From Bdellovibrionales bacterium (GTDB taxonomy: Bacteria > Bdellovibrionota > Bdellovibrionia > Bdellovibrionales > UBA1609): DNA of 64,000 nucleotides. Positions 55,322-64,000 of this stretch are shown in pieces. Under the pieces are notes generated by a model. The model was not told the DNA's origin. It saw nothing but the letters and a program-made list of their open reading frames with translations, and did no database searches. Positions within the stretch are counted from its first letter, which is position 1, and each line of letters starts with the position of its first letter. The translations under genes were made by a program, and so were the position numbers. The stretch lies in contig JAHDIR010000006.1 of NCBI GenBank assembly GCA_020630675.1, positions 21,132 through 85,131 of the forward strand, given 5' to 3'.

Positions 55322-57325
55322 ATGAATTTACTTTATAAACTTTCAAAAATAGTATTAGTTCTTGGCCTTAGTTTTAGCCTATTAACCGCCTGCTCACATT
55401 CTCACATTCATTCAGGCTTTCATCAGTCCCTAAAAAATAAAGAGTTAGCGAGAAAATTAGCTAACGTTGATCGCCCAGCTCCAGTCAATGTTTGGGCCAA
55501 AAATAAAGAAAACGCTGGGCAAATTGAAGTTTTTTGGAGTCAAAGTCCAGGTGCTCGAGCCTACAGAATTTATGTCGGAGGTGTAGAAAAAGCTGAGGTT
55601 CCCGCAAATTTAGCGAACGAAGTGCTTGATGGTTTAACACCCTTTAATGGTCAGTATACAATCACAGTGAAAACTCTTTATAACGGGTATGAATCAGACC
55701 CCTCTAGCGCTTATGATTTAAGTACCACGCAAGGCTCGGCACCGCCGCCTCCAGCGACGACAGTACCGGTTCAAAATTCTGTGCAAAGTGTTCAATCATG
55801 GAATGGTCAAGGGATTATACCGTATCCGTCACAGGTTTTTGCCCAAGCCATAAGCTCTACATCTATAAGAGTGAGTTGGGCGAAAGTGGAAAATGCAAAA
55901 AATTATTTAATTCTTTTAGATGGGGGCGAGCGCTTAACAGTACCAGGTTCTGTTTATGAGGCAGAAGTTAAAAACCTTTACCCCAGGCGAACTTATAATA
56001 TCACAGTGAAGTCAATGGACTCCACCGGACAAAAATCTTATCCGTCAAACCCCAGCGTAAATGTCACCACTCAAGATGGTGTTGCTGGACAAATGCAAAA
56101 TGATTCACCCAGTTTAACGGGCACAAGTTATGGTCGTGCCACGAGCAGCTTGGTAGATAAGAAAACTCCTGTAGGAGTAGGTCCTGTTTTGCAGTCACCA
56201 CTGGTCGGCCAGTATAAATTGGTGTTTAGTGATGAGTTTGATGGAAACCCTGACAAAGAAGAAGAGGAAGAAGGCAATGTCGCCTTCATTAATCCGATAC
56301 GTTGGAACACAAAGCTAATGTGGGATGGGGATTATAATGGTTCTTGGTTTGAGTATCGAACGATCAATCGCGAAAAACAGTTTTATGTCAATAGACTGGC
56401 TGCAAATAGCAGTGGGTCTGGTGACACTGAGTTGGACCTTCAGCACAAACAACTTGTTCTTGATCGCCTACCAGCTTCGTTTCCAGCCTCCTTTCCCTTT
56501 GTGCGCGAACAGCCGGGAATATTAACCATCGAAGCTCGAGTAAACCCTTGGTACAATGGGCACAGAGTCGGAACTTTTTCAGAAAGTCGTGCCGCGGTTT
56601 TAAATGTTATGATGAGAGAGCAGCCCATACTTTCAGGAACTCTCACGACCTATGGAAAATTTGATACTAAGTACGGTTACTTTGAGGCAAAAATTAAAAT
56701 TCCTAGAAACGATGGCGCCTTTCCTGCCTTTTGGCTGCATCACTCACTAAGAAATAACGACCCCAATAGAAAGTCTGAGGTGGATGTTATGGAGGCCATT
56801 GGCCGATCCGATGGGCATCTTTCAAGATATATTTATAATTCATTTCATTATGTCGTGAACCCTGAGGTGTCCATGGTCACGACCCATTTTAAACCTTTTC
56901 GCACAGGTCAGTTCGACTCGAAAGGGCTGCCTGAGCGTCAAGGGCAAATTTATACAGGAGAGGCTTTTAGTGAAGACTTTCATGTGTATGCTGTGAAGTG
57001 GGAGCCAGGAGTTTTAGTTTGGTATTTAGACGGTCGTGAAGTGAGCCGTTTATCTGAATCAGAGTGGAACTCTTATCGTCAAAAAAGACATGAGTTATAT
57101 AACTCTCCTCTAAGTGCATACCCCGATCTTGATGTGGATTTTGATGAAATGTATCTTATGTTTAATTTGGCTATGGGTGGTTTTTGGGTGAATTCTCCTA
57201 ACTCAGCTGGTGGTATGGATAGAACAGACGGAAACTTTTTTCCGACATGGAACGACCTTGAAAATCTAAAGAAAAACCCTGTAAAAATGCATATTGATTA
57301 TGTGCGAGTTTGGAAAAAGCAATAA
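55322..57325 (+). CDS. lipoprotein with two fibronectin type III domains and a glycoside hydrolase family 16 catalytic domain
   Basis: Lipobox LLTAC. Two FN3-like units (QIEVFWSQSPGARAYRIYV..., SIRVSWAKVENAKNYLILL...). GH16 catalytic motif ExDxxE as SEVDVMEA, with the flanking PAFWL and W.PG....Y.DG blocks. Confidence 0.8.
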   Translation: MNLLYKLSKIVLVLGLSFSLLTACSHSHIHSGFHQSLKNKELARKLANVDRPAPVNVWAKNKENAGQIEVFWSQSPGARAYRIYVGGVEKAEVPANLANEVLDGLTPFNGQYTITVKTLYNGYESDPSSAYDLSTTQGSAPPPPATTVPVQNSVQSVQSWNGQGIIPYPSQVFAQAISSTSIRVSWAKVENAKNYLILLDGGERLTVPGSVYEAEVKNLYPRRTYNITVKSMDSTGQKSYPSNPSVNVTTQDGVAGQMQNDSPSLTGTSYGRATSSLVDKKTPVGVGPVLQSPLVGQYKLVFSDEFDGNPDKEEEEEGNVAFINPIRWNTKLMWDGDYNGSWFEYRTINREKQFYVNRLAANSSGSGDTELDLQHKQLVLDRLPASFPASFPFVREQPGILTIEARVNPWYNGHRVGTFSESRAAVLNVMMREQPILSGTLTTYGKFDTKYGYFEAKIKIPRNDGAFPAFWLHHSLRNNDPNRKSEVDVMEAIGRSDGHLSRYIYNSFHYVVNPEVSMVTTHFKPFRTGQFDSKGLPERQGQIYTGEAFSEDFHVYAVKWEPGVLVWYLDGREVSRLSESEWNSYRQKRHELYNSPLSAYPDLDVDFDEMYLMFNLAMGGFWVNSPNSAGGMDRTDGNFFPTWNDLENLKKNPVKMHIDYVRVWKKQ

Positions 57326-57386
57326 ACAACAGCCTCTATAATTTATAAAGGATGTTTTAAAGTGATACGGCCATTAACTTATCAAT

Positions 57387-57420
57387 GTTTAGAACTTTTA
57401 CAGAGGTAAAAGTTCTAAAC
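57387..57420 (+). terminator. perfect 14-bp hairpin downstream of the GH16 gene
   Basis: gtttagaactttta (57387-57400), loop cagagg, taaaagttctaaac (57407-57420). No U-tract follows, so terminator function is uncertain. Confidence 0.4.
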
Positions 57421-57483
57421 CCTTGTAATGACAATAGTCAGTTAATCATAAGATTGGCACTCTTCTGGCTCTAATAATAAGAC

Positions 57484-60144
57484 GTGGGGGTATTTATGGG
57501 AAAATCGTTGAACGCAACTCAAAACATAATAGGGCTAATGGCTTTGGTCGGTTTAGTTTTATTTGGTTTTAACAACTGTACAAACGTTAACTTTTCAGTA
57601 GATAAAGACGGTGTGGTTGATCTTTTAAGTCAAAATTCAGCCTTAGTTATTAATGATAACGACAACTATACACTATCCAAAAATGTTATTCTTTCTATTG
57701 GCTCTGATGGCGCTGACGAAATGATGATATCAAATGATCCTCAACAAGAAACGGAATGGGAGGCTTATTCTACGCAAAAAAATTGGGTGTTAGGTCAAGA
57801 AAATGGTGTTGCCAGAGTTTATATCAAGTTTCGCTCTCGCGGAATAGAAAATCAAGGTTGGATTAATGATGGAATCATTCACGACAACACAGCGCCTGCA
57901 ATTTCTGTTAACTCAAGACCAAATAACTACACCAATAATAGCTCGTCTGCCGTGGAGTACAGCATTTATGAAAGAGGAAGTGATATTCAAATGAATGAGT
58001 GCGGAAGAGATGCCAGCCTTAGTTTTGAAAATTGTGGAGGTGATCGGCTGGAACTAGTGGCCCAAAATTTTAATCATAGTTCGGATGGAACTTTTCAACA
58101 TTTTATTAGATCTAAAGATAAAGCTGGTAACCTTTCCCAAACCACCAGTGTTATATGGGTGGTCGACCGAGTGCCTCCGACAGTTTTTCTATCAGGACAA
58201 CTTCCAGAGTTAACAGGAGCCACGACCATTTCTATTGGCTTTCATGGGGAAGATGATCGCAGTGGAATTTCTCACTTTTTATGTAAGTGGCAGGGAGAAA
58301 ATTTTAAAGACTGTAGCTCTCCTTACGAGAGAAATTCTTTAACCGACGGAAGTTACTCTTTTGAAGTTCAGTCTGTGGATCGTGCCGGCAATATTTCATC
58401 AGCAGTCAGGCACCAGTGGGAGGTTCATACCTCTGCACCGACCATCACTTTTGTCGCTCCTTTGCCACTGGCCAACAGCAATGCCACTTCTGCTCAAATT
58501 GGTTTTGTTGGAAAAGACAAAGACTTTACAATGACGAGCTTTCAATGTCGTTTAAATGGAGGAAGTTTTCAAAATTGCACAAGCCCTTACTCCATGAGTA
58601 ATTTACAAGATGGTCAACAAACATTAAGTGTTCGTGGAAGAGACCGTCTTGGTCAGTTTTCTGTCGCCTTTCCTTACACTTGGAACGTTGATACAAAAAT
58701 TAATAATATTAGTTTTACAAAAAAACCAAAAGCTTATTCCAGCGACACGACTGGTTTTTTCACTTTGGGAGGGCTTGATGCCGACGTTGATAAAGTTTAT
58801 TGTCAGCTCAATGAAGAAGCTTATAAGTTGTGCCCAGGAAAGTCTTCGTTTAGTTTGACGGGCCTAATGAACCGTGACCATACCCTTAAAGTTTATGCTC
58901 AAGATAAAATAGGCAATCGATCCAATGTCATTAGCTACACTTGGACGGTAGATCTAGAGGCTCCTGTGGTCACTATTGCTGGCCCTGATGCCATTATTAG
59001 GTCAGGACTTTCCAACTTTGTTTTCACAGCAACAGACAATGCGACAGCAACCAATTTACTGACTTATGAATGTAAAATAGATAACCAAAGCTATCAAAGC
59101 TGTTCTAAAAATCAATCTTATACGGTGTCTGCAGGGCCACATTCTTTATTAGTGCGAGTGACTGATAAGGCGGGCAATAGTGGTGTTAGCAATATTTATA
59201 GATGGACCGTTGATTTAAGCAATACTCAAATCATAGTTAAACAGCAGCCTGAAAGTGTTATTTACCAAGATGAAAAAGCCATAGTTCTTTTTGAAGTCGT
59301 AGACAATGGCTTTCCTATTGAAAGTTTAAGCTGCCAATTGGACGGTTTGAATAAAACATGTGCCTCAAATGTCAGTTTAGACTTAGGGGCTTTAAGTGTG
59401 GGTGATCATATTTTTTCAATCCGTGTGGTGAGTGATTTAGGTTCTATCATAAATAAAAACATATCTTTTGAAGTCAAAGAAGTAGGAAATTGCACAGGAG
59501 AAGACAATGTTTGTTTAGTTCTTCGTGATGATTTTGAAAGAGAAAATTTACAAAGCGGAGAGTTTGGCTGGAGTTTGTTTGTTGATGATATTGGTCGTAA
59601 TGAAAACGGTTTGATCGTAAGCATTAATGATCACGGTGAAGCCAGTAGCGGTGAAAAGGCCGTCTTTTTTACGGGGCGTCCTGGTGGTTCTGTGCATTCT
59701 TTAAATTTAATTTCAAAAGCGTTTGATCTCAGTGAATATGATCGAATCACAGTTGAGTTTGATTACCTGATGGCTTCATTTGAAGGTTGGAGTTATGGTG
59801 GTCAATCGGGGCGTGAGTATATACACTTTGATTTATGTACCGAGGGAGAAAGTCAGTGCGCCTCCCAGCTTAAAAATTCAAGTGTTTGGGTGAATCATTT
59901 TGAAGATACTGCCACCTCAGATATCAATCAGCATATGACAGGTTACAACCATACTAGAAGTGATTTTGTTAGCCGCAGAGACAATAACAAAATTACAATT
60001 GATTTAACAAATTCGTCCATTGATCGTTCAAAACTCATGATGCGTTGGAGTGTGAAAATTGATGAAGGTCTTGAGTACAATGCCCCCGGCAACGCCGACG
60101 CTGGTATCGTTGATAACATAGTCGTGAAGGCTTATAAAAACTAA
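57484..60144 (+). CDS. large secreted Ig-like-domain repeat protein with a C-terminal jelly-roll/CBM-like domain
   Basis: N-terminal hydrophobic signal, then five to six ~95-aa units. Each has a Cys pair and an AGN-type motif (e.g. FLCKWQGENFKDCSSPY...DGSYSFEVQSVDRAGNIS and YECKIDNQSYQSCS...HSLLVRVTDKAGNSG). GTG 57484 or ATG 57496 start. Confidence 0.7.
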   Translation: MGVFMGKSLNATQNIIGLMALVGLVLFGFNNCTNVNFSVDKDGVVDLLSQNSALVINDNDNYTLSKNVILSIGSDGADEMMISNDPQQETEWEAYSTQKNWVLGQENGVARVYIKFRSRGIENQGWINDGIIHDNTAPAISVNSRPNNYTNNSSSAVEYSIYERGSDIQMNECGRDASLSFENCGGDRLELVAQNFNHSSDGTFQHFIRSKDKAGNLSQTTSVIWVVDRVPPTVFLSGQLPELTGATTISIGFHGEDDRSGISHFLCKWQGENFKDCSSPYERNSLTDGSYSFEVQSVDRAGNISSAVRHQWEVHTSAPTITFVAPLPLANSNATSAQIGFVGKDKDFTMTSFQCRLNGGSFQNCTSPYSMSNLQDGQQTLSVRGRDRLGQFSVAFPYTWNVDTKINNISFTKKPKAYSSDTTGFFTLGGLDADVDKVYCQLNEEAYKLCPGKSSFSLTGLMNRDHTLKVYAQDKIGNRSNVISYTWTVDLEAPVVTIAGPDAIIRSGLSNFVFTATDNATATNLLTYECKIDNQSYQSCSKNQSYTVSAGPHSLLVRVTDKAGNSGVSNIYRWTVDLSNTQIIVKQQPESVIYQDEKAIVLFEVVDNGFPIESLSCQLDGLNKTCASNVSLDLGALSVGDHIFSIRVVSDLGSIINKNISFEVKEVGNCTGEDNVCLVLRDDFERENLQSGEFGWSLFVDDIGRNENGLIVSINDHGEASSGEKAVFFTGRPGGSVHSLNLISKAFDLSEYDRITVEFDYLMASFEGWSYGGQSGREYIHFDLCTEGESQCASQLKNSSVWVNHFEDTATSDINQHMTGYNHTRSDFVSRRDNNKITIDLTNSSIDRSKLMMRWSVKIDEGLEYNAPGNADAGIVDNIVVKAYKN

Positions 60145-60170
60145 GTTTTATATTTAAGCTTACTTAAGGA

Positions 60171-60208
60171 AAGAGCTCTAAAGCCTAAGGCCAGAGCTCT
60201 TTTTTTTT
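60171..60208 (+). terminator. rho-independent terminator between the Ig-repeat gene and convergent recN
   Basis: 9-bp stem aagagctct (60171-60179) / agagctctt (60193-60201), a 13-nt loop, and a run of eight T (60201-60208). Confidence 0.75.
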
Positions 60209-60211
60209 GAG

Positions 60212-61900
60212 CTAATTTTTTAAAAGCTGTTCGGCGTGAGCTAAGCTTGTTTTGGTGATGGTTTCACCAGAGATAAGTCGAGCGATCTCTTCAATTTTTT
60301 CTTTCTTTTCGAGTTTTCTCATTTTCATTGTTGTCTTTGATTGAGTGTTTGTTTTTTGAATTAAATAATGATGATCTGAATAAGCTGCGACTTGCGGTAA
60401 ATGTGTGACACAAATCACTTGTTGGCCTTTAGCAATGGCTTTGAGCTTTTTACCCACCTTTTCGGCGGTGGTGCCACTAACGCCTGTATCGACCTCATCA
60501 AATAAAAATGTTCTAGGCACGTCTGTGTTGCCAACGACTCGCTTTAAGCTTAAGAGTATACGACTAAGCTCACCACCACTTGCCACTTTTGAGATTGGAC
60601 GGGCCTTATCTCTTTTGTTTTGCTGAATTAAAAATTCAACTTGAGAAATACCAGTGCCGGAGAGGTCAGGGATTTTACGCACCTCAATTAAAAAATTAAC
60701 TCCCTTCATATTCAGGTCAAGAAGTTCCTTGTTAATGCTTTTCGCTAAAAGAACAGAACCATTACAGCGTTTTTTATGTAGAGTTTCTGCCATTTTTGTT
60801 GCCGCTTTTAGTTGTTTTTCTTTTTGTTGAATCAGTTCACTCAGCTCACTATCAAAGTTTTCAATACTAAAAATTTCTTGTTCGACTTTAGCTTTGTGCT
60901 CAAGTATGTCTTCTACGGTTTCACCATATTTGCGCTGGAGTTTCCTGAGAGAGTTAAGGGTGTCTTCCATGCTGTTAAGTTGGCTGGCGTCGGTATTTAT
61001 GTTATTCACAAAGTCACGTAAATCGTATAAACACTCTTCAACGAGGGTTCGGGCTTGCATTAAAGGTGAAATTTTTTCGACCAATTCAGGGGAAATACTT
61101 TTGAAATCATTGGCTTGGCCAATGAGGTTGTGAACGACCACTAAAAAAGATTTTTCAGATCGATATAAAGTATTTTCTACGGAATCAATATATTGAATAA
61201 GGTTGTGAGAGTTTTTAAGCGTTTTGATTTGAGCCTCAAGCTCTACCTCTTCTCCGGGTTTTAATTCTAGCTCTGAAATTTCTTTGTTTTGAAAATTTAA
61301 AAAGTCTAGCCGCTGAGCTTGATCTTGTTGTTTTAAGGAAAGGTCTTCAATTTTTTGCTGAATATTTTTTATCTCATTATATGTTTTTTCATAAGATGTG
61401 CGCAGTTCCCAAGCCCCAACATAGGAGTCTAGAATATCTAGGTGATAAAGATGAGACTGTAAATTACGATTATCGTGTTGAGCAGTCATTTCAATAAGGG
61501 GAGTTTCTTGGTGGGTGAGCTCAATAAGAGGAGCGACAATTTGCTTAAGAGTAGATAGAGCCGATAAGCTTTCATTTAAGTAAACTTTACTTTTTCCTTG
61601 AGAATTTAAAACACGTCTGACAATTAAGCACTCTTCACTGTTAGCAATACCCATAGAGCCTAATTTTTCAATAATATCTTCACGCCCCGATAAATCGAAA
61701 GCTCCTTCAATAGAGGCGCTGTCTTTTCCTTGCTGTATGATGCTAGTTGAGGTTTTGTGGCCCATCAACATAGAGAGGCATTTAAGAATAATAGATTTTC
61801 CAGCGCCTGTTTCTCCACTAATAATATTTAAACCTGAATCAAAGTTAATGTGTAAGTTGTCAATGATTGCAAACTGATTCACCTTAAGTTCTGTTAACAT
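60212..61900 (-). CDS. recN: DNA repair protein RecN
   Basis: SMC-like protein with Walker A GETGAGKSI, a long coiled coil, signature SGGELSR and Walker B FLFDEVD. Confidence 0.95.
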   Translation of the reverse strand: MLTELKVNQFAIIDNLHINFDSGLNIISGETGAGKSIILKCLSMLMGHKTSTSIIQQGKDSASIEGAFDLSGREDIIEKLGSMGIANSEECLIVRRVLNSQGKSKVYLNESLSALSTLKQIVAPLIELTHQETPLIEMTAQHDNRNLQSHLYHLDILDSYVGAWELRTSYEKTYNEIKNIQQKIEDLSLKQQDQAQRLDFLNFQNKEISELELKPGEEVELEAQIKTLKNSHNLIQYIDSVENTLYRSEKSFLVVVHNLIGQANDFKSISPELVEKISPLMQARTLVEECLYDLRDFVNNINTDASQLNSMEDTLNSLRKLQRKYGETVEDILEHKAKVEQEIFSIENFDSELSELIQQKEKQLKAATKMAETLHKKRCNGSVLLAKSINKELLDLNMKGVNFLIEVRKIPDLSGTGISQVEFLIQQNKRDKARPISKVASGGELSRILLSLKRVVGNTDVPRTFLFDEVDTGVSGTTAEKVGKKLKAIAKGQQVICVTHLPQVAAYSDHHYLIQKTNTQSKTTMKMRKLEKKEKIEEIARLISGETITKTSLAHAEQLLKN

Positions 61901-61930
61901 AACAAGGTCTCCTCATTGAGTGGGTAAGGT

Positions 61931-62800
61931 TTAGTCTCTTTGGCCAAATTTGAGTTTTTCTCGGAGTAAATCAAAGTAATTATGATTAGGTTTACGCAAG
62001 ACGTAGTGCTTGTGTTTAGAGGTGCGTAAGCTAACTTTATCTTTTGGAGAAAGTTTTAACAGCATTTGACCATCAACAGTGAGTAAGGCCCGGTGTTTAG
62101 GGTTATTAAGAGTTAAATGAATGTTGGCCGTGTTAGGAAATATAATGGGTCGGGTCGTGAGGGAATGAGGAGAGATAGGGGTAACAACAAATGCCGCCAG
62201 ATAAGGAAAAAGAATGGGACCACCTGCCGCTAAATTATAAGCGGTTGAACCTGTCGGTGTCGAAATAATTATGCCATCAGCTTTTAACGGACTCACGAGT
62301 AAGTCGTTGTGTTCAATGTTTAAATCAATGAGCTGGCTCATGTCTCCTCGCTCAATGACGATATCATTTAAAGCGTGTTCACATAGAATAACTTTGTTGC
62401 CTCTTTTTACTTTTACCTCTAGAAGATCGCGGGGGCGTTCTTCCATTTTATTTTTTAAAACTTTATCAATGGCTTCATATAGTTTTTCAACACGAACTTC
62501 GGTTAAAAAACCAAGAGAACCTAAGTTAATGCCTAGGATAGGGACTTTGTTTTTTCCAATTAAGCGTGCGGCCTCTAGGTAAGTTCCATCTCCACCTAAA
62601 ACAATAAAAAGGTCCATGTTTTTAATTTCTTTTTGTGCAAGTTTTTTAGCCCCCGTAATTTTTTGCTTCGGGTGTGAAAAAACACTTAGGTTTTTCTTTT
62701 TAAGCCAGCCACTCACTTCATGGGCATGTTGAAGAGCATCTTTTTTATCCGGTCGATAAACAATGGCAATTTTATTAAAGCTAGATGTTTTAGATTTCAC
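61931..62800 (-). CDS. nadK: NAD(+) kinase
   Basis: GGDGT motif (VLGGDGTYL), NLGSLGFL and TPTGSTAYNLAAGGP. The nadK-recN pairing is conserved. Confidence 0.93.
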   Translation of the reverse strand: MKSKTSSFNKIAIVYRPDKKDALQHAHEVSGWLKKKNLSVFSHPKQKITGAKKLAQKEIKNMDLFIVLGGDGTYLEAARLIGKNKVPILGINLGSLGFLTEVRVEKLYEAIDKVLKNKMEERPRDLLEVKVKRGNKVILCEHALNDIVIERGDMSQLIDLNIEHNDLLVSPLKADGIIISTPTGSTAYNLAAGGPILFPYLAAFVVTPISPHSLTTRPIIFPNTANIHLTLNNPKHRALLTVDGQMLLKLSPKDKVSLRTSKHKHYVLRKPNHNYFDLLREKLKFGQRD

Positions 62801-64000
62801 TAGGCAAAGCCCTCTCTTCGTAAAAGCGCTTCAGGCTTGGGTTCTCGGCCTCGAAAGTTTTTATATAGAGTCATCGGGTGGGCAGAACCACCCTTTTCTA
62901 AAATTTCAGTTTTAAACTTTTGCGCCACTTCTTTATTAAATATTCCTTTTTCTTTAAAAAGTTCGAAGGCATCGGCGTCTAAAATTTCTGCCCATTTATA
63001 ACTATAATAGCCGGCAGAATATCCGCCCGCAAAAAGGTGGCCAAAAGAAACAGAGGTGTTAGTCCCTTCGATATAAGGTGTTAGCACATAGGGCTCAAGA
63101 GCTTGGCGCTCAAAATCTTCGACACCCAATTCAGTTTCAGCTTCAAGAGTGTGCCAAGCTAAGTCAAGTGCGCCCAGACTAAGTTGCCTTAAGCAAGCTG
63201 TCCCTGATTGAAATTGGTTGGCTTTTTTTATGGCTTGTAGGTAACTGTCAGGTAGGTCTTCATTGGTTTGGTAATGCTTAGCAAATAAATCAAGACATTC
63301 TTTTTCAAGGGCCCAGTTTTCCATAATTTGCGAGGGGAGTTCAACAAAATCCCAATATACATTGGCTCCAGAAAGAGATTGATACTTACATTTTGATAAA
63401 AGCATATGAAGGGCGTGACCAAATTCGTGAAAAAGAGTTTCGACCTCTTCAAAGCTTAACAGGGAAGGTGCCGAATCCGTACTGGGTGAGAAATTACAAA
63501 CAATCATGGCATGAGGGCGCTGAGGTTGGCCGTCTACAAAACTTTGATCCTTAATTTCAGTGGCCCAGGCCCCCGCACGTTTACTTTCTCTTGGAAACAA
63601 ATCAACATAAAAAAGCCCAACAAATTCATTATTTTTTTTATCATAAACTTCGTAAGTTTTTACATCTTTATGAAAGACAGGGTAAGAAGCTTGTTTGAAC
63701 TCAATGTCGTAGAGTTGACTGGCAACATTGAAAACTCCCTGCACGGTGCGGTCAACTTCAAAATAAGGTCGCAAGTTTTCACTGTCAAAATTTAAAGTTT
63801 TTTGTTTTAAAATTTCAGAGTAGTAAAGGTTGTCCCAAGGCATGATCTCTTCTAAGCCGTCAGTCTCTAGAGCGATTTTTTTCACCTCACTAAGTTCTGA
63901 TAAAGCAAACTCTTTCGAGGGTTGATAAAGTTGGTCATAAAGAGCTTTCACTCGGGAGACATCCTGAGCCATTCTTTCTTTTAAGACATACTCAGCATGG
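62800..64000 (-). CDS. M3-family zinc oligopeptidase (Dcp / oligopeptidase A-like), N-terminus beyond the window edge
   Basis: HEFGHALH zincin motif with downstream VELPSQIMEN. The frame stays open to base 64000 and M3 enzymes are about 680 aa, so the CDS is partial. The stop overlaps the nadK start by 1 nt. Confidence 0.85.
   Translation of the reverse strand, partial: HAEYVLKERMAQDVSRVKALYDQLYQPSKEFALSELSEVKKIALETDGLEEIMPWDNLYYSEILKQKTLNFDSENLRPYFEVDRTVQGVFNVASQLYDIEFKQASYPVFHKDVKTYEVYDKKNNEFVGLFYVDLFPRESKRAGAWATEIKDQSFVDGQPQRPHAMIVCNFSPSTDSAPSLLSFEEVETLFHEFGHALHMLLSKCKYQSLSGANVYWDFVELPSQIMENWALEKECLDLFAKHYQTNEDLPDSYLQAIKKANQFQSGTACLRQLSLGALDLAWHTLEAETELGVEDFERQALEPYVLTPYIEGTNTSVSFGHLFAGGYSAGYYSYKWAEILDADAFELFKEKGIFNKEVAQKFKTEILEKGGSAHPMTLYKNFRGREPKPEALLRREGFA

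Overview
This is a low-GC (about 40% by eye), densely coding bacterial chromosomal segment. I recognised no rRNA, tRNA, CRISPR array, transposase or integrase. The backbone is a complete division/cell-wall (dcw) cluster at 22.3-54.7 kb: mraZ-rsmH-ftsL-ftsI-murE-murF-mraY-murD / ftsW / murG-murC-murB / ftsQ-ftsA-ftsZ-lpxH. Three accessory insertions totalling 12 genes break this cluster, which is unusual, and murG carries a 1-nt frame disruption. The insertions are: (i) a convergent secreted HExxH protein plus a lipoprotein translationally coupled to ftsW; (ii) a five-gene cassette of small-molecule/lipid-tailoring enzymes (Coq4-like, LuxI/N-acyl-amino-acid-synthase-like GNAT, membrane hexapeptide acyltransferase, di-iron oxygenase, ICMT-like methyltransferase); (iii) a TIGR02147-type HTH regulator locus with a 1153-aa secreted protein built from nine 114-aa repeats, each with C-x9-C. 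The left end (138-7375) holds a seven-gene translationally coupled operon: a Tad-type platform protein, DUF192, three membrane proteins with four FHA domains, a weakly PP2C-like protein and a radical SAM enzyme. The matching Tad/CpaF ATPase and CpaC-type secretin lie 10 kb away (17.3-19.7 kb). Other content: maf-yggS-proC-divIVA, a DnaQ exonuclease with a WYL-like tail, an LspA fusion protein, an ABC exporter, an RR-GGDEF, PBP4, hpt, a GH16 lipoprotein, an 886-aa Ig-like repeat protein, recN, nadK and a partial M3 peptidase. The gene content (TIGR02147 regulator, divIVA beside yggS-proC, Tad plus FHA genes, many secreted repeat proteins) suggests a Bdellovibrionota-like predatory bacterium. 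That is inference only. All calls come from reading the translated ORFs and motifs; no searches were run.
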